Shown: one piece after another, positions 8,779-18,275 of the stretch
Numbering within the stretch: the stretch's first letter is position 1
Layout: each line of letters opens with the position of its first letter
DNA from: Alistipes sp.
GTDB lineage: Bacteria > Bacteroidota > Bacteroidia > Bacteroidales > Rikenellaceae
Length of the DNA: 64,000 nt
Reading direction: 5' to 3'
Assembly (NCBI GenBank): GCA_031285405.1
Contig: JAITWH010000043.1
Coordinates: 5,595-69,594 of the forward strand
Program-made: the position numbers and the translations under genes
The notes under the pieces: generated by a model
What the model was told of the DNA's origin: nothing
The model's database searches: none
The model's input: only the letters and a program-made list of their open reading frames with translations

Positions 8779-10545
8779 CTACTTGCTGTCGGAGTTTCGA
8801 CTGACCTCGATGTCGCGAATGGCATGAAATGGCTCTCCGGTCACAGTCATCCCTTCAATCAGAATCCGATAGCTGCCTGTCAAGTCTGATGTCGAGAAGA
8901 CCACCTCGGCGTGCTCCCCCTCGACGGCAACGTCGGCATCCCAATAGAGGGTGTGCCGATAGTCGGGCAGACGGTTCGCCCGTCGCGCTGCGTCGGTGTA
9001 GTCGGGAGCGTAGAACATCCGATGGGGCTGTGGCGAGGGGTACGACGCGATCTGGGTAAACGGGTCGACACGCAACTCGGGATAGGTGTTGGTGGCGGTG
9101 TAGAGTGCCACCACTCCGTGAAAAATGTTGCTGCCCACAACAAACCTGTCATAGTAAACGTCGATCCGGTCGATCAACAGCGGATTGTAGTCGCGAATCA
9201 GACCGTGGTCGAAAACGGGAATCCCGTCGACCATCACCAGCGCCGTGGCCGTGTTACCGAAGTCACTGTTTATCACCGAAAGGTGCCACCGGTCGACTCC
9301 CTCCCCGTTCCCATTCGCCTCTCGATGAAAACGGGCAAACTGAATAAACTCGGTCACCACCTCCTGCATGGTTGCGAACCGCCGCCACTCCTCCATTATG
9401 TAGCGATAGTCGGGCTCGGCAAACAGATATTGCGCGACCTTGCGGGCAAGGTTCAACGAGTCACCCGAGTAGCTGTACCGGAGCTGCATCGCAAGGCTCT
9501 GACGAAAGATCGCCCCGCTGTCGATCCGCTCCACAGGAAAAGTGGGCGTCGGGCGTGCGAGCGATTCCGTAGTAAACGGATCGTCGACGTCGATGCGCAT
9601 AGGGCGGCTGTCGTCACCGCGCATCGTGGTCACCACCTCGCCCGTGCCGTTGGTGCGCGAGGTAAAAAAAATGACGCCGCCATCTCTGTCGAGCCTGCCC
9701 GGAAAGAGGTCGATATCGTCGCCCGTAAATGAGATCAGCGGTGAGATGGAGGCGTTGAGGACGGGCGCGCCGGTGTCTGTCGAGACGAGCCTGCCGGTGA
9801 CGATCGGCCCCTCGTATTCGGCCTCTAACCGCTCTGCCTCAGAATTACCGACAGGCACCGAACCGCTTTGAGGCAGGCGCTCCAGCCACTCTCCGAGGGT
9901 GGGGGCGGGGAGCCGCCCTGTCATGTCGTGCGCCGTCACCGACACCGACATGGTGTGGACGTCGGCCGGCAGCCCTCCGATCGAGACGCGCACCTCGCTG
10001 CGTGGAGAGTACGTCTCGCCGTCTGTGGTGATGGTAAGCCCCGAAATCGAACCCGCGCCAGAAACCAAATCCGAACTCTCAGCCCTATCCACCACCTCGG
10101 GCTGCACCCCGTCCGCCGTTCCCTGCCGAACCTCCGCCACAACAGGATTGACCACTCCGATCCACTTGTCGAAAAATACAGCCGACCCCTCGTTGCGCAT
10201 GTGGCGGGTGTATCCCGTCAATCTGTAATAGCCCGTCGGGAGCGACGATGGCAACAGCAGCGTGCCGTCGCCGATGCCGCCGCGCAGGTCGATCCGTTCG
10301 CGCGCCACGCTGCCCGATTCGTCTGTGAGCTCCACGTAACCCACCTTACTGAAAGATAGCGGCAGGCCGCGGTCGTCGGTAGTCAGCAGCTTCATCCACA
10401 TCAACTCGCCCGAGAGGTAGTTATCCTTGTCTGTCTGGATATGCAGGCGCTCGCCGATGCGCACATCTGTCTGTGCCTGGGTCTCGATACGCAGGCCGAG
10501 GCAGCAGGCGAAAATTGCGATGAACAGTATGATTGCTTTTTTCAT
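8779..10545 (-). CDS. secreted protein of unknown function; MG2-like (alpha-2-macroglobulin fold) N-terminal region and plug-like C-terminal region
   Basis: Start trimmed to M61 (MKKAIILFIAIFACCLGLRIETQAQ signal peptide), which removes the overlap with the upstream gene. LHIQTDKDNYLSGELMWMKLL...GYYRLTGYT resembles MG2 domains. LVMVDGIPVFD...IDRIDVYYD...GVVALYT resembles TonB-receptor plug motifs. Confidence 0.55.
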   Translation of the reverse strand: MKKAIILFIAIFACCLGLRIETQAQTDVRIGERLHIQTDKDNYLSGELMWMKLLTTDDRGLPLSFSKVGYVELTDESGSVARERIDLRGGIGDGTLLLPSSLPTGYYRLTGYTRHMRNEGSAVFFDKWIGVVNPVVAEVRQGTADGVQPEVVDRAESSDLVSGAGSISGLTITTDGETYSPRSEVRVSIGGLPADVHTMSVSVTAHDMTGRLPAPTLGEWLERLPQSGSVPVGNSEAERLEAEYEGPIVTGRLVSTDTGAPVLNASISPLISFTGDDIDLFPGRLDRDGGVIFFTSRTNGTGEVVTTMRGDDSRPMRIDVDDPFTTESLARPTPTFPVERIDSGAIFRQSLAMQLRYSYSGDSLNLARKVAQYLFAEPDYRYIMEEWRRFATMQEVVTEFIQFARFHREANGNGEGVDRWHLSVINSDFGNTATALVMVDGIPVFDHGLIRDYNPLLIDRIDVYYDRFVVGSNIFHGVVALYTATNTYPELRVDPFTQIASYPSPQPHRMFYAPDYTDAARRANRLPDYRHTLYWDADVAVEGEHAEVVFSTSDLTGSYRILIEGMTVTGEPFHAIRDIEVSRNSDSK

Positions 10546-10559
10546 CTCTCTCGTGGTCG

Positions 10560-11792
10560 TTATTGGTGATCGTTGGGCCAGAACCTGGGGCGACTCTTCA
10601 ACCCTCCCATCCGGCGACAGTCGATGCAGTCGAGTCGTGCGAAATCTTCCGCACCGACGGGGTATGAGATAGATTCCGACATGTTGGCATCCTCCATCTC
10701 TTTCCCCCGAGTGAATATCGGGCACGGCTGACGCGTATCTTCGAAGAGCCCTTCCGGATCGTCGAAAAATATCTCACGCTGCACCCTCCTCGAAACCTCC
10801 ACGAAACCGATGGCCGGAAGCTCTGGCGATGTGGTGCACACTATGTTGCCCGCTATTTCCGATGGGATGGGCGCGAATATGCTTCCCGCGTCGTCGGTGT
10901 TCTTCTTCTGGTTGTCGAAGTAGTAGAAGGCATCCTCTCCGAGGGAGTATTGCGATATCTTTGTGTGGTAAAGCTGCGAAATCCGGTTGCTCGTCAGGCC
11001 GATTTCATACAGAACGTAGTCGCGGAGAGTGTTCTCGGTCAGGCGGTCTGTGCTACCGATGAGCAGCGCCCGCGATCTGCCGTAGTTCCAGCAGTAGTAG
11101 AACGGCGAGATGTAGCCCGGGTATGGGTACAGACGCATCGTGCCGCCGCCATATAAGAGATTATCCAGATACTCCCCGAGAGAGTACCCCGTGTAGTCGC
11201 CCTCATACATGCCGTAGTAGAAGCTGGCGTTTATGGAGGCATTACTTTCCCACGTCTCCTCGTAGTTCCACATGTAGTAGTTCGACTGCTCGGCCGTGCC
11301 GTTCACATCTAAGCGCACCTGAAGATTCGCCCCTGGCTCCTTTTGGTAAATCTCGATCTCGGCGATCTCGGGCGGCGACTGCGGGGTGCGATACTCCGAG
11401 ACATACTCCTCGCCCTCCGCCCTGATGTGCAGGCGGTAGCGCGTGTCGGTGTCGAGCGAGCCCATAGCTATGGCGTACTCACCATTCTCCATCGACCCAG
11501 GCGACTCGAAGATGCGACCATCCTCGCTTTCGACCCACAGTTCCGCCCCGGATACCCATTGCGTAGGTGGTTGCTGTCCGGCGATCCCGTCTTCGGATGA
11601 GAGCGGCCTGCTGCGGCTAAGCGTGATCAGCACATCGCCGTCGGTTATGATGCCGTCGACAACCAACAGTCCGGCGTGGTCACCCATGTATGGAGGCTCG
11701 TAGGGGGTGATGCAACCCACCGTAATAACGGCGAGCGCCAAAAGGGCGTGGTGTCGTGTGCGTGTAAAAAAGGCGTATCGTGTACATGTCAT
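10560..11792 (-). CDS. DUF4249-family lipoprotein (usual partner of CarboxypepD_reg-type TonB-dependent receptors)
   Basis: Lipoprotein-like N-terminus (LLALAVITVGC), position 5 bp downstream of the receptor gene, and size ~410 aa. The family call is from memory of this common Bacteroidota gene pair. Confidence 0.55.
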   Translation of the reverse strand: MTCTRYAFFTRTRHHALLALAVITVGCITPYEPPYMGDHAGLLVVDGIITDGDVLITLSRSRPLSSEDGIAGQQPPTQWVSGAELWVESEDGRIFESPGSMENGEYAIAMGSLDTDTRYRLHIRAEGEEYVSEYRTPQSPPEIAEIEIYQKEPGANLQVRLDVNGTAEQSNYYMWNYEETWESNASINASFYYGMYEGDYTGYSLGEYLDNLLYGGGTMRLYPYPGYISPFYYCWNYGRSRALLIGSTDRLTENTLRDYVLYEIGLTSNRISQLYHTKISQYSLGEDAFYYFDNQKKNTDDAGSIFAPIPSEIAGNIVCTTSPELPAIGFVEVSRRVQREIFFDDPEGLFEDTRQPCPIFTRGKEMEDANMSESISYPVGAEDFARLDCIDCRRMGGLKSRPRFWPNDHQ

Positions 11793-11797
11793 GGCAT

Positions 11798-14572
11798 TCA
11801 GAATTTTATGTTGTACGATGCGTAGGGTATGGGCACTCCAAATATCGAGAGCTTGTAACCGTCGATGCGCCCGTTCTCCTGTTTGAAATATACCGAGTGT
11901 GCGTTGTTGCGTCCGGTGACGTTGTATACCCCGAATGTGATCATGCTGTGTGTGAGCAGCGTCAGGTGGTGGCTCGGCTCGATGTTGAACGACAGGTCGA
12001 GTCGGAAATAGTCGGGCACGCGATAGGTGTTGCGCTCCGAGTAGTAGAGATACTCCCCGCCGGCGTAGTTATACTTGGCGATCGGAAGCGTGATCGGCCG
12101 CCCCGTGGCATAGTCGGCGTTGAACGACACGCTCAATCGGTGGGTAAATCGGTAGTTGCCGACGATCTTCAACTCGTGAGGCTTGTCGAAGTCGGCTGGG
12201 TACCAGCTGCCGCCATTCACCGGCAGTGCGATGCGCGGATCCTCCTGCCTCAGCTCGGTGCGCGAGTAGGTGTAGCTTGCCCAACCGTTCAGCTTGCCCT
12301 CGGTGCGCCGCACCATCAACTCAGCCCCGTATGCCCTGCCTCGCGTCCCCACCACGTCGGTTTCGAGATGTGGGTTCATCATCAGACGCGCCCCCGCGCG
12401 GTAGTCGAGATAGTCGTCAATGGTTTTGTAGTACACCTCCAACGAGAGCTCGACGAACTTGTCTCGGAAATCCTTGTACAAACCCGCCGCGTACTGCACC
12501 CCCCGTTGTGGCGCAATGTTGCCGTCGGAGAGTTTCCATGTGTCGGTCGGCGACATCACTGTGTTGTTCGATATTTTGTGAACGTATTGTCTCATCGAGT
12601 TGACCCCCGCCTTGAACGAGAAGTCGTCCATGATTGAGAATCGCGCCGACACGCGAAACTCTGGCCCCTGCCACGTCTTCAGTACCCCCTTCTCCTTGTG
12701 CCCTGTGCCGGTAATTGTTTTCGGCGATGGTAAAAAATCTGGGTTGTACGTGGTGTAGTCTCTCGGCCCGAGGGCATTGAACATCGACCAACGGAGTCCG
12801 CAGTCGATCTCGAACCGTTCACCCGCGGTCCACTTGTCTGAGAGATACAGCGCCGATTCGAGAGCCTTTTCGTTCTGAATGCGGTCGGGAGCGACAAGCG
12901 AGTTTCCACCGTGGGGCATGAACGAGCCCGGCATCAGGTCGTAGTGCAGCGCGTTGAGGCCAAAGTTCAGCGAGTGCCGCCCAGCCTGGATCGTGAAATC
13001 GGCCTTGCCGAACATCTGGTCGATCCCAAAATCGAGCTCATAAGCGCTCGCCTCGTTCTCGACGTTGCGAATAGTGTGGTCGTAGTGGTCGTAGCCCGCC
13101 GAAAATACCCCCACGAATCGGTCGTTGAACAGATGCCGCCACTTGACGGAGCCGTTCATGTTGCGATAGCTGTAACTCTCGAAATCCTCGAAGCTGAAGC
13201 GATCCTGACTGTAATAGCCATCCACAAAGAGGTTGTTGTGGTCGTTGAACCGGTGGCTGAGAGTCGCGTTGAGGTCGTGGAATCCTGCATTACCGTTTTT
13301 GTAGCCGCTCTTCTCGGGTAACCGGCGCAGTATCCAGTCGGAGTATGTGGTACGTCCGCCCACGATGAAAGATGTGCGGTCGAGCCAAATCGGCCCCTCG
13401 ATCGCCAGACGGCTCGTGAGCAGCCCCAGACTTGCCGAACCTGCGAACTCCTTCTTGTTACCTTCGCGACTGCCGATGTCCAGCACCGACGAGATGCGCC
13501 CGCCGAAACGCGCCGGAATGGTACTCTTGTAGAGCTCCATGTCGCGCACGATGTCGGAGTTGAACGACGAGAAAAGTCCGAAAAGGTGTGTCGGATTGAA
13601 GATAGTGCCGTCGTTGAACAGGATCAGGTTCTGGTCGGTGGAGCCACCCCTCACATTGAACCCGCTCGACACCTCGCCAGCCGACGTTACGCCCGGAAGC
13701 GATGTCACCACCTTGAGGATGTCGAGCTCGCCGAACGCCATCGGCATGTTCTTGATATCGCTCACCGCCAGCCGTTCGATCCCGATGGTGCTCTGGCGAA
13801 CGTTGTCGTGGCGATCGGCCCACACCGTGATCTCGGTCAGCGTGTTGATCTTTTCTGCCGTGATGATGTCGAGCGTACCGTCCGAAAAGAGTTGCACCTG
13901 ACGCTTGGAGTCGGCCTGACCGAATCCCGAGATGTTGATCTCATGGCGCCCTGATTGTAGACTGAAACGATAATATCCGTAACCGTCGGTAATGGTATAG
14001 GTGTTCGTGTCGCCAATCTGGAGATACACTCCTGGCACCGCCTCTCCCGTCGCCGAGTCGTACACGTGTCCGCTCAGCGACACCCGTCCCGTCGGCTTGG
14101 CGTCGGGATTGCCCACCTCGTACACCCTCAATCGGGAGTCGGCCCCGCGATCATCCTCGCCGTTCAGCACAAATGTGTCGGCAAGGCTGTCGACCCGCGC
14201 CGCCGGAGCCTCGGAGTAGAACCACACCGGCAATGTCGTGACGATCTGCCGCCCTCGCAGAATGAAGATCGCTCCGTCGACGGAGGTGACGCGATAGGGA
14301 CTTCCGGCCAAAGCGTCGCGAACAAGCTGCTCGGCGGGTCGTGCCGGCGGGCCGACGGTGACGCGAAGAGAGTCCAACTCACTATCCACCGGAGCAAAGA
14401 TCCGAACCGAACCCGCACGCTCAACGGCGTCGAAAAACTCCCCCGTCGGACGATTCGATATCTCGACCCCGATCGGTCGATCCGGACTCTGGGCCTGCGT
14501 CGATGTCGGCGCCAAAATCAGGGCGATCGCCGCCGCAAGCGACAGGGCGATCCGTCGATTGATCGTTCTCAT
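11798..14572 (-). CDS. TonB-dependent receptor (N-terminal extension, CarboxypepD_reg-like domain, plug and beta-barrel)
   Basis: Signal peptide. VSLSGHVYDSATGEAVPGVYLQIGDTNTYTITDGYGYYRF is a carboxypeptidase-regulatory-like domain. Plug motif DILKVVTSLPGVTSAGEVSSGFNVRGGSTDQNLILFNDG. Terminal aromatic residue ...YNIKF. Confidence 0.85.
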   Translation of the reverse strand: MRTINRRIALSLAAAIALILAPTSTQAQSPDRPIGVEISNRPTGEFFDAVERAGSVRIFAPVDSELDSLRVTVGPPARPAEQLVRDALAGSPYRVTSVDGAIFILRGRQIVTTLPVWFYSEAPAARVDSLADTFVLNGEDDRGADSRLRVYEVGNPDAKPTGRVSLSGHVYDSATGEAVPGVYLQIGDTNTYTITDGYGYYRFSLQSGRHEINISGFGQADSKRQVQLFSDGTLDIITAEKINTLTEITVWADRHDNVRQSTIGIERLAVSDIKNMPMAFGELDILKVVTSLPGVTSAGEVSSGFNVRGGSTDQNLILFNDGTIFNPTHLFGLFSSFNSDIVRDMELYKSTIPARFGGRISSVLDIGSREGNKKEFAGSASLGLLTSRLAIEGPIWLDRTSFIVGGRTTYSDWILRRLPEKSGYKNGNAGFHDLNATLSHRFNDHNNLFVDGYYSQDRFSFEDFESYSYRNMNGSVKWRHLFNDRFVGVFSAGYDHYDHTIRNVENEASAYELDFGIDQMFGKADFTIQAGRHSLNFGLNALHYDLMPGSFMPHGGNSLVAPDRIQNEKALESALYLSDKWTAGERFEIDCGLRWSMFNALGPRDYTTYNPDFLPSPKTITGTGHKEKGVLKTWQGPEFRVSARFSIMDDFSFKAGVNSMRQYVHKISNNTVMSPTDTWKLSDGNIAPQRGVQYAAGLYKDFRDKFVELSLEVYYKTIDDYLDYRAGARLMMNPHLETDVVGTRGRAYGAELMVRRTEGKLNGWASYTYSRTELRQEDPRIALPVNGGSWYPADFDKPHELKIVGNYRFTHRLSVSFNADYATGRPITLPIAKYNYAGGEYLYYSERNTYRVPDYFRLDLSFNIEPSHHLTLLTHSMITFGVYNVTGRNNAHSVYFKQENGRIDGYKLSIFGVPIPYASYNIKF

Positions 14573-15360
14573 GGCATTAATCTCATTTGGCGCAAACGTT
14601 CATACTCGCCCGCAATCAGCACAAGGGCGTTGTCGGTGTCGCGGCGCAGATTGATCCCCCGCGAGCGGATAAAGTCGTCGAGCCCGCCACGCTCGTCGCG
14701 CAGCAGCCTCAGCACCGACCCCTTGCTGCGACTAACCTTGTGATAGACCCCATTGCGCTCAACGTAGTACCGAATCGCCGGCCCCGAAAACTCGCGATAG
14801 ATAGGGTTGTACTCGTAACTCTCCTTCTTCAACACTTCGGGGCCAAACTCATTCAATCGCAGGTAGTAGCCCTCCGAAAGATCGGAGCGATTCGGAGGAA
14901 TACGCACAACGCGATATCCGCGAAGGTCGGCAAAACCAAACCGGTCGGGGTCGATGATCGTGCCGAAATATGAGCTGCCCGGCGCCGTCACCGAAAACTC
15001 GTCGCGATACAAATCGAGGCGCATGCGAACCCCCACATATTTCACACCGTCGTAGAGCAGATCACCCGTCGAGTAGGAGTCGGGCGTGCCGACCGGACGC
15101 GGAGCCTCCTGACGACCTGCTGCCACCGACTCTCCACTGCCGCGCTCACGCAGGTAGAGACTCTCGCTTCCTCCCTCCAGCGGCCCCTGTATCTCGCCGA
15201 CAAAAAGGGCCATGTTGTCACCCACGGCAACGGTGTATGCGGCGGAGTAGCCGTCGATCGCGGAACGTGTGTCGGAGGAGGCCTGAGCTCGGGCCCCGAT
15301 GGCAAAAACGGATGCCAGAAACACTCCTGCCAAACAGATTCGTAACAGAGGCAGCTTCAT
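14569..15360 (-). CDS. exported protein of unknown function, first gene of the receptor operon
   Basis: Signal peptide MKLPLLRICLAGVFLASVFAIGARAQ. 4-nt ATGA overlap with the receptor gene. No recognisable domain. Confidence 0.55.
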   Translation of the reverse strand: MKLPLLRICLAGVFLASVFAIGARAQASSDTRSAIDGYSAAYTVAVGDNMALFVGEIQGPLEGGSESLYLRERGSGESVAAGRQEAPRPVGTPDSYSTGDLLYDGVKYVGVRMRLDLYRDEFSVTAPGSSYFGTIIDPDRFGFADLRGYRVVRIPPNRSDLSEGYYLRLNEFGPEVLKKESYEYNPIYREFSGPAIRYYVERNGVYHKVSRSKGSVLRLLRDERGGLDDFIRSRGINLRRDTDNALVLIAGEYERLRQMRLMP

Positions 15361-15427
15361 AGTAGGTCAGGTTTTTATCACGGTAAATATAATGATTATT
15401 TCGCAAGAAATACTATTCGCAAATAAA

Positions 15428-15459
15428 TTTGTATTTGCCTCCCACATGTAGTATCTTTG
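15428..15459 (+). promoter_or_regulatory. Bacteroidota sigma-A type promoter for ychF (-33 TTTG, 20-nt spacer, -7 TATCTTTG)
   Basis: TTTG at 15428-15431 and TATCTTTG at 15452-15459, 25 nt upstream of the ATG. Confidence 0.6.
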
Positions 15460-15483
15460 CGTGATTATTTAATACGAAACTAA

Positions 15484-16584
15484 ATGGCATTACAATGCGG
15501 CATAGTGGGCCTGCCGAACGTCGGTAAATCCACTCTGTTCAACTCGCTGTCCAACGCCAAGGCGCAGGCAGCCAACTTCCCTTTTTGCACCATCGAGCCC
15601 AACGTGGGCGTGATCACGGTACCCGACGAGCGCCTCACGCGGCTGGTCGAGATCGACAATCCCAAGAAGGTCGTCCCCACGACGATCGAGATAGTCGACA
15701 TAGCGGGCCTGGTGAAGGGCGCGTCGAAGGGCGAGGGTCTGGGCAATAAATTCCTCGGCAACATTCGCAACACCGACGCCATCATCCACGTGCTCAGGTG
15801 TTTCGACAGCGGCGACATCACCCACGTCGACGGCAGCGTCGACCCCGTGCGCGACAAGGAGATCATCGACATGGAGCTCCAACTCAAAGACCTCGAATCA
15901 GTCGAAAGCCGCATAGGCAAGGTCAAAAAACAGGCCGAGACGGGCGGCGACAAGAACGCGAAAAGAACCTACGACATCCTCGTAAGATACCAGGAGGCGC
16001 TGCAAGCGGGCCAAAGCGCCCGAACGGTAATCCTCGACAAGGAGGACAGAAAGTTCACCGCCGACCTCAATCTGCTGACCGACAAGCCGGTGATGTACGT
16101 CTGCAACGTCGACGAGGCAAGCGCCGCGACGGGCAACGCCTATGTCGAGGCGGTGAGACAGGCCACGAAAAGCGAAAACGCCGAGATACTAATAGTCGCC
16201 GCCGCCATAGAGGCCGACATAGCCGAGCTCGACACCAACGAGGAGCGCCAAATGTTCCTGCAAGAGATCGGCCTCACCGAGTCGGGCGTGGCGCGCCTCA
16301 TCAAGAGTGCCTACAAGCTCCTCGACCTCCAGACCTACTTCACCACCGGAGCAGACGAGAGCCGCGCATGGACCTTCACCTGCGGCATGAAGGCACCGCA
16401 GACGGCCGGCATCATCCACACCGACTTCGAGCGCGGCTTCATCCGCGCCGAGGTGATCAAGTACGCCGACTACGTGTCGCTCGGCAGCGAAAAGGCCTGC
16501 CGCGAGGCGGGAAAAATCTCGATAGAGGGAAAAGAGTACGTCGTCCAGGACGGCGACATCATGCACTTCCTATTCAATGTATAG
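15484..16584 (+). CDS. ychF: redox-regulated ribosome-binding ATPase YchF
   Basis: MALQCGIVGLPNVGKSTLFN, ...IVDIAGLVKGAS, and the C-terminal TGS-like domain (YVVQDGDIMHFLFNV). Confidence 0.95.
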   Translation: MALQCGIVGLPNVGKSTLFNSLSNAKAQAANFPFCTIEPNVGVITVPDERLTRLVEIDNPKKVVPTTIEIVDIAGLVKGASKGEGLGNKFLGNIRNTDAIIHVLRCFDSGDITHVDGSVDPVRDKEIIDMELQLKDLESVESRIGKVKKQAETGGDKNAKRTYDILVRYQEALQAGQSARTVILDKEDRKFTADLNLLTDKPVMYVCNVDEASAATGNAYVEAVRQATKSENAEILIVAAAIEADIAELDTNEERQMFLQEIGLTESGVARLIKSAYKLLDLQTYFTTGADESRAWTFTCGMKAPQTAGIIHTDFERGFIRAEVIKYADYVSLGSEKACREAGKISIEGKEYVVQDGDIMHFLFNV

Positions 16585-16612
16585 GCGGCAACGGCCGCAG
16601 CGATTTTATTTT
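16585..16612 (+). repeat. interspersed repeat, A unit (GGCGGCAACGGCCGCAGCGATTTTA)
   Basis: Starts immediately after the ychF TAG. The same ~30-bp unit recurs at 10 or more sites in the window. Confidence 0.8.
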
Positions 16613-16619
16613 TAAGAAA

Positions 16620-18212
16620 ATGACCAAGACAAGAGATATCAGAGTAAGATTCGCCCCCAGCCCCACCGGCCCCCTCCACATGGGAGGCGTCCGCACCGCG
16701 CTGTACAACTACCTCTTCGCAAGGCGCCACGGAGGCAAGTTCCTGATCCGCATCGAGGATACCGACACCGCGCGGTTCGTCCCGGGCGCCGAGCAGTATA
16801 TCCTCGACTCGCTGCGTTGGTGCGGCATCGAGATCGACGAGGGAATCGGAGCGGGCGACGGCACGACGGAAAAACAGGGCCCCCACGCCCCCTACCGCCA
16901 AAGCGAGAGGAGAGATATATACATAAAGTACGCCCAGCAACTAATCGAAACCGGCAACGCCTACTACGCCTTCGACACCGCCGATGCGCTCGAAACTCTG
17001 CGCACCGAGGCCGAGGCCCGAGGCGAGAAGTTCTCCTACGACCACACGGTGCGCGAAGGGCTCGAAACCTCCCTGCGCCTCCCCGCCGATGAGGTGGCCG
17101 AAAGAATCGCCCGTGGCGACCAATACGTAATCCGCTTCCGAATCCCCGCCGGAGAAGACATCAAGATGAACGACCTGATCCGAGGAGAGGTAACGATAAA
17201 CTCCTCGACCTTAGACGACAAGGTGCTATGGAAATCCTCCGACGGCCTGCCCACCTACCATCTCGCCAACATTGTCGACGACCACCTGATGGAGATCAGT
17301 CACGTCATCCGCGGCGAGGAGTGGCTGCCGTCGCTGCCGCTGCACTACCTGTTGTACCGCGCGTTCGGCTGGAGCGACACCCAACCGCTCTTCGCCCACC
17401 TGCCGCTGCTGCTCAAACCCACCGGTCAGGGCAAACTCTCCAAACGCGACGGCGACAAGATGGGCTTCCCCGTCTTCCCCATGCGCTGGATATCGCCCGA
17501 GGGCGACATCGCGGCGGGATACAAAGAGGACGGCTACTTCCCCGAAGCCTTCGTCAACCTCCTCGCCCTGCTCGGCTGGAATCCCGGCACCGAGCAGGAG
17601 ATATTCTCGATGGAGGAGCTCATATCCCAATTCTCGCTCGACCGAGTAAGCAAATCGGGCGCAAGGTTCCAACCCGAAAAGGCGCGCTGGTTCAACCACG
17701 AGTACATGATCCGCAAGAGCGACGCCGAGCTGACCGACGCCTTCACCCCGATCCTCGCCGAAAAGGGCATCGCGTGGGAGCGCCCCAAAATCGAACGCAT
17801 AGTGGGCCTCGTCAAGGAGCGCGCCACCTTCCCGGGCGACCTGTGGGAGCTCTCGTCCTACTTCTTCCTCGCCCCAACGCACTACGACGACAAGGCCGCG
17901 GCCAAGTTCTGGAAGGGCGAAAACCCCGCCCGCATAGCCGCACTGAAAGAGGTGTTGGCCGCCGAGGTGCGAGCCGCACAGGCGGATAATGACTGGACTA
18001 CAGCCAATATAGATAGAATCATCCACAGCTGGATAGAGGCGGGAGGCCACCCGATGGGTCAGGTGATGAACTCCCTGCGCCTCGCCATAGTGGGCGAATC
18101 CAAAGGCCCGGGCTTAGCCGAAATCTGCGAGATAATAGGAAAAACCGAGACCCTCGCCCGAATCGACAACGCTATAAATAAATTGAAAACGGCAACGGCC
18201 GCAGCGATTTAA
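16620..18212 (+). CDS. gltX: glutamate--tRNA ligase
   Basis: The real start is the ATG at 16620 (MTKTRDIRVRFAPSPTGPLHMGGVRTAL, HIGH motif). KLSKR is the KMSKS motif. The track ORF's 5' extension (15798-16619) is an Arg-rich out-of-frame overlap with ychF. Confidence 0.95.
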   Translation: MTKTRDIRVRFAPSPTGPLHMGGVRTALYNYLFARRHGGKFLIRIEDTDTARFVPGAEQYILDSLRWCGIEIDEGIGAGDGTTEKQGPHAPYRQSERRDIYIKYAQQLIETGNAYYAFDTADALETLRTEAEARGEKFSYDHTVREGLETSLRLPADEVAERIARGDQYVIRFRIPAGEDIKMNDLIRGEVTINSSTLDDKVLWKSSDGLPTYHLANIVDDHLMEISHVIRGEEWLPSLPLHYLLYRAFGWSDTQPLFAHLPLLLKPTGQGKLSKRDGDKMGFPVFPMRWISPEGDIAAGYKEDGYFPEAFVNLLALLGWNPGTEQEIFSMEELISQFSLDRVSKSGARFQPEKARWFNHEYMIRKSDAELTDAFTPILAEKGIAWERPKIERIVGLVKERATFPGDLWELSSYFFLAPTHYDDKAAAKFWKGENPARIAALKEVLAAEVRAAQADNDWTTANIDRIIHSWIEAGGHPMGQVMNSLRLAIVGESKGPGLAEICEIIGKTETLARIDNAINKLKTATAAAI

Positions 18213-18272
18213 GTTACGCAGAAAATAATGTCGCGTAGCTAATTTTCAATTTTCAACTTTCAATTTTCAATT
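18182..18272. repeat. composite repeat element: TTGAAAA + A unit + imperfect AGYTACGC hairpin + inverted (TTTTCAA)x4 array
   Basis: aaaTTGAAAAcGGCAACGGCCGCAGCGATTTAAGTTACGCAG...CGCGTAGCTAATTTTCAATTTTCAACTTTCAATTTTCAAtt. It supplies the last 10 codons and the stop of gltX and ends 3 nt before the dapB ATG. Confidence 0.8.
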
Positions 18273-18275
18273 AAA

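Noticed and set aside
10546-10725. Longer N-terminus (track start 10725) for the MG2-like protein
   Set aside because: The extension overlaps the DUF4249 gene by 166 nt and is Arg-rich. The internal Met (10545) is followed by a textbook signal peptide.
15798-16619. 5' extension of the gltX track ORF (804 aa total)
   Set aside because: The extension is Arg/Pro/His-rich and overlaps ychF in another frame. A clean ATG at 16620 gives a canonical GltX N-terminus carrying the HIGH motif.
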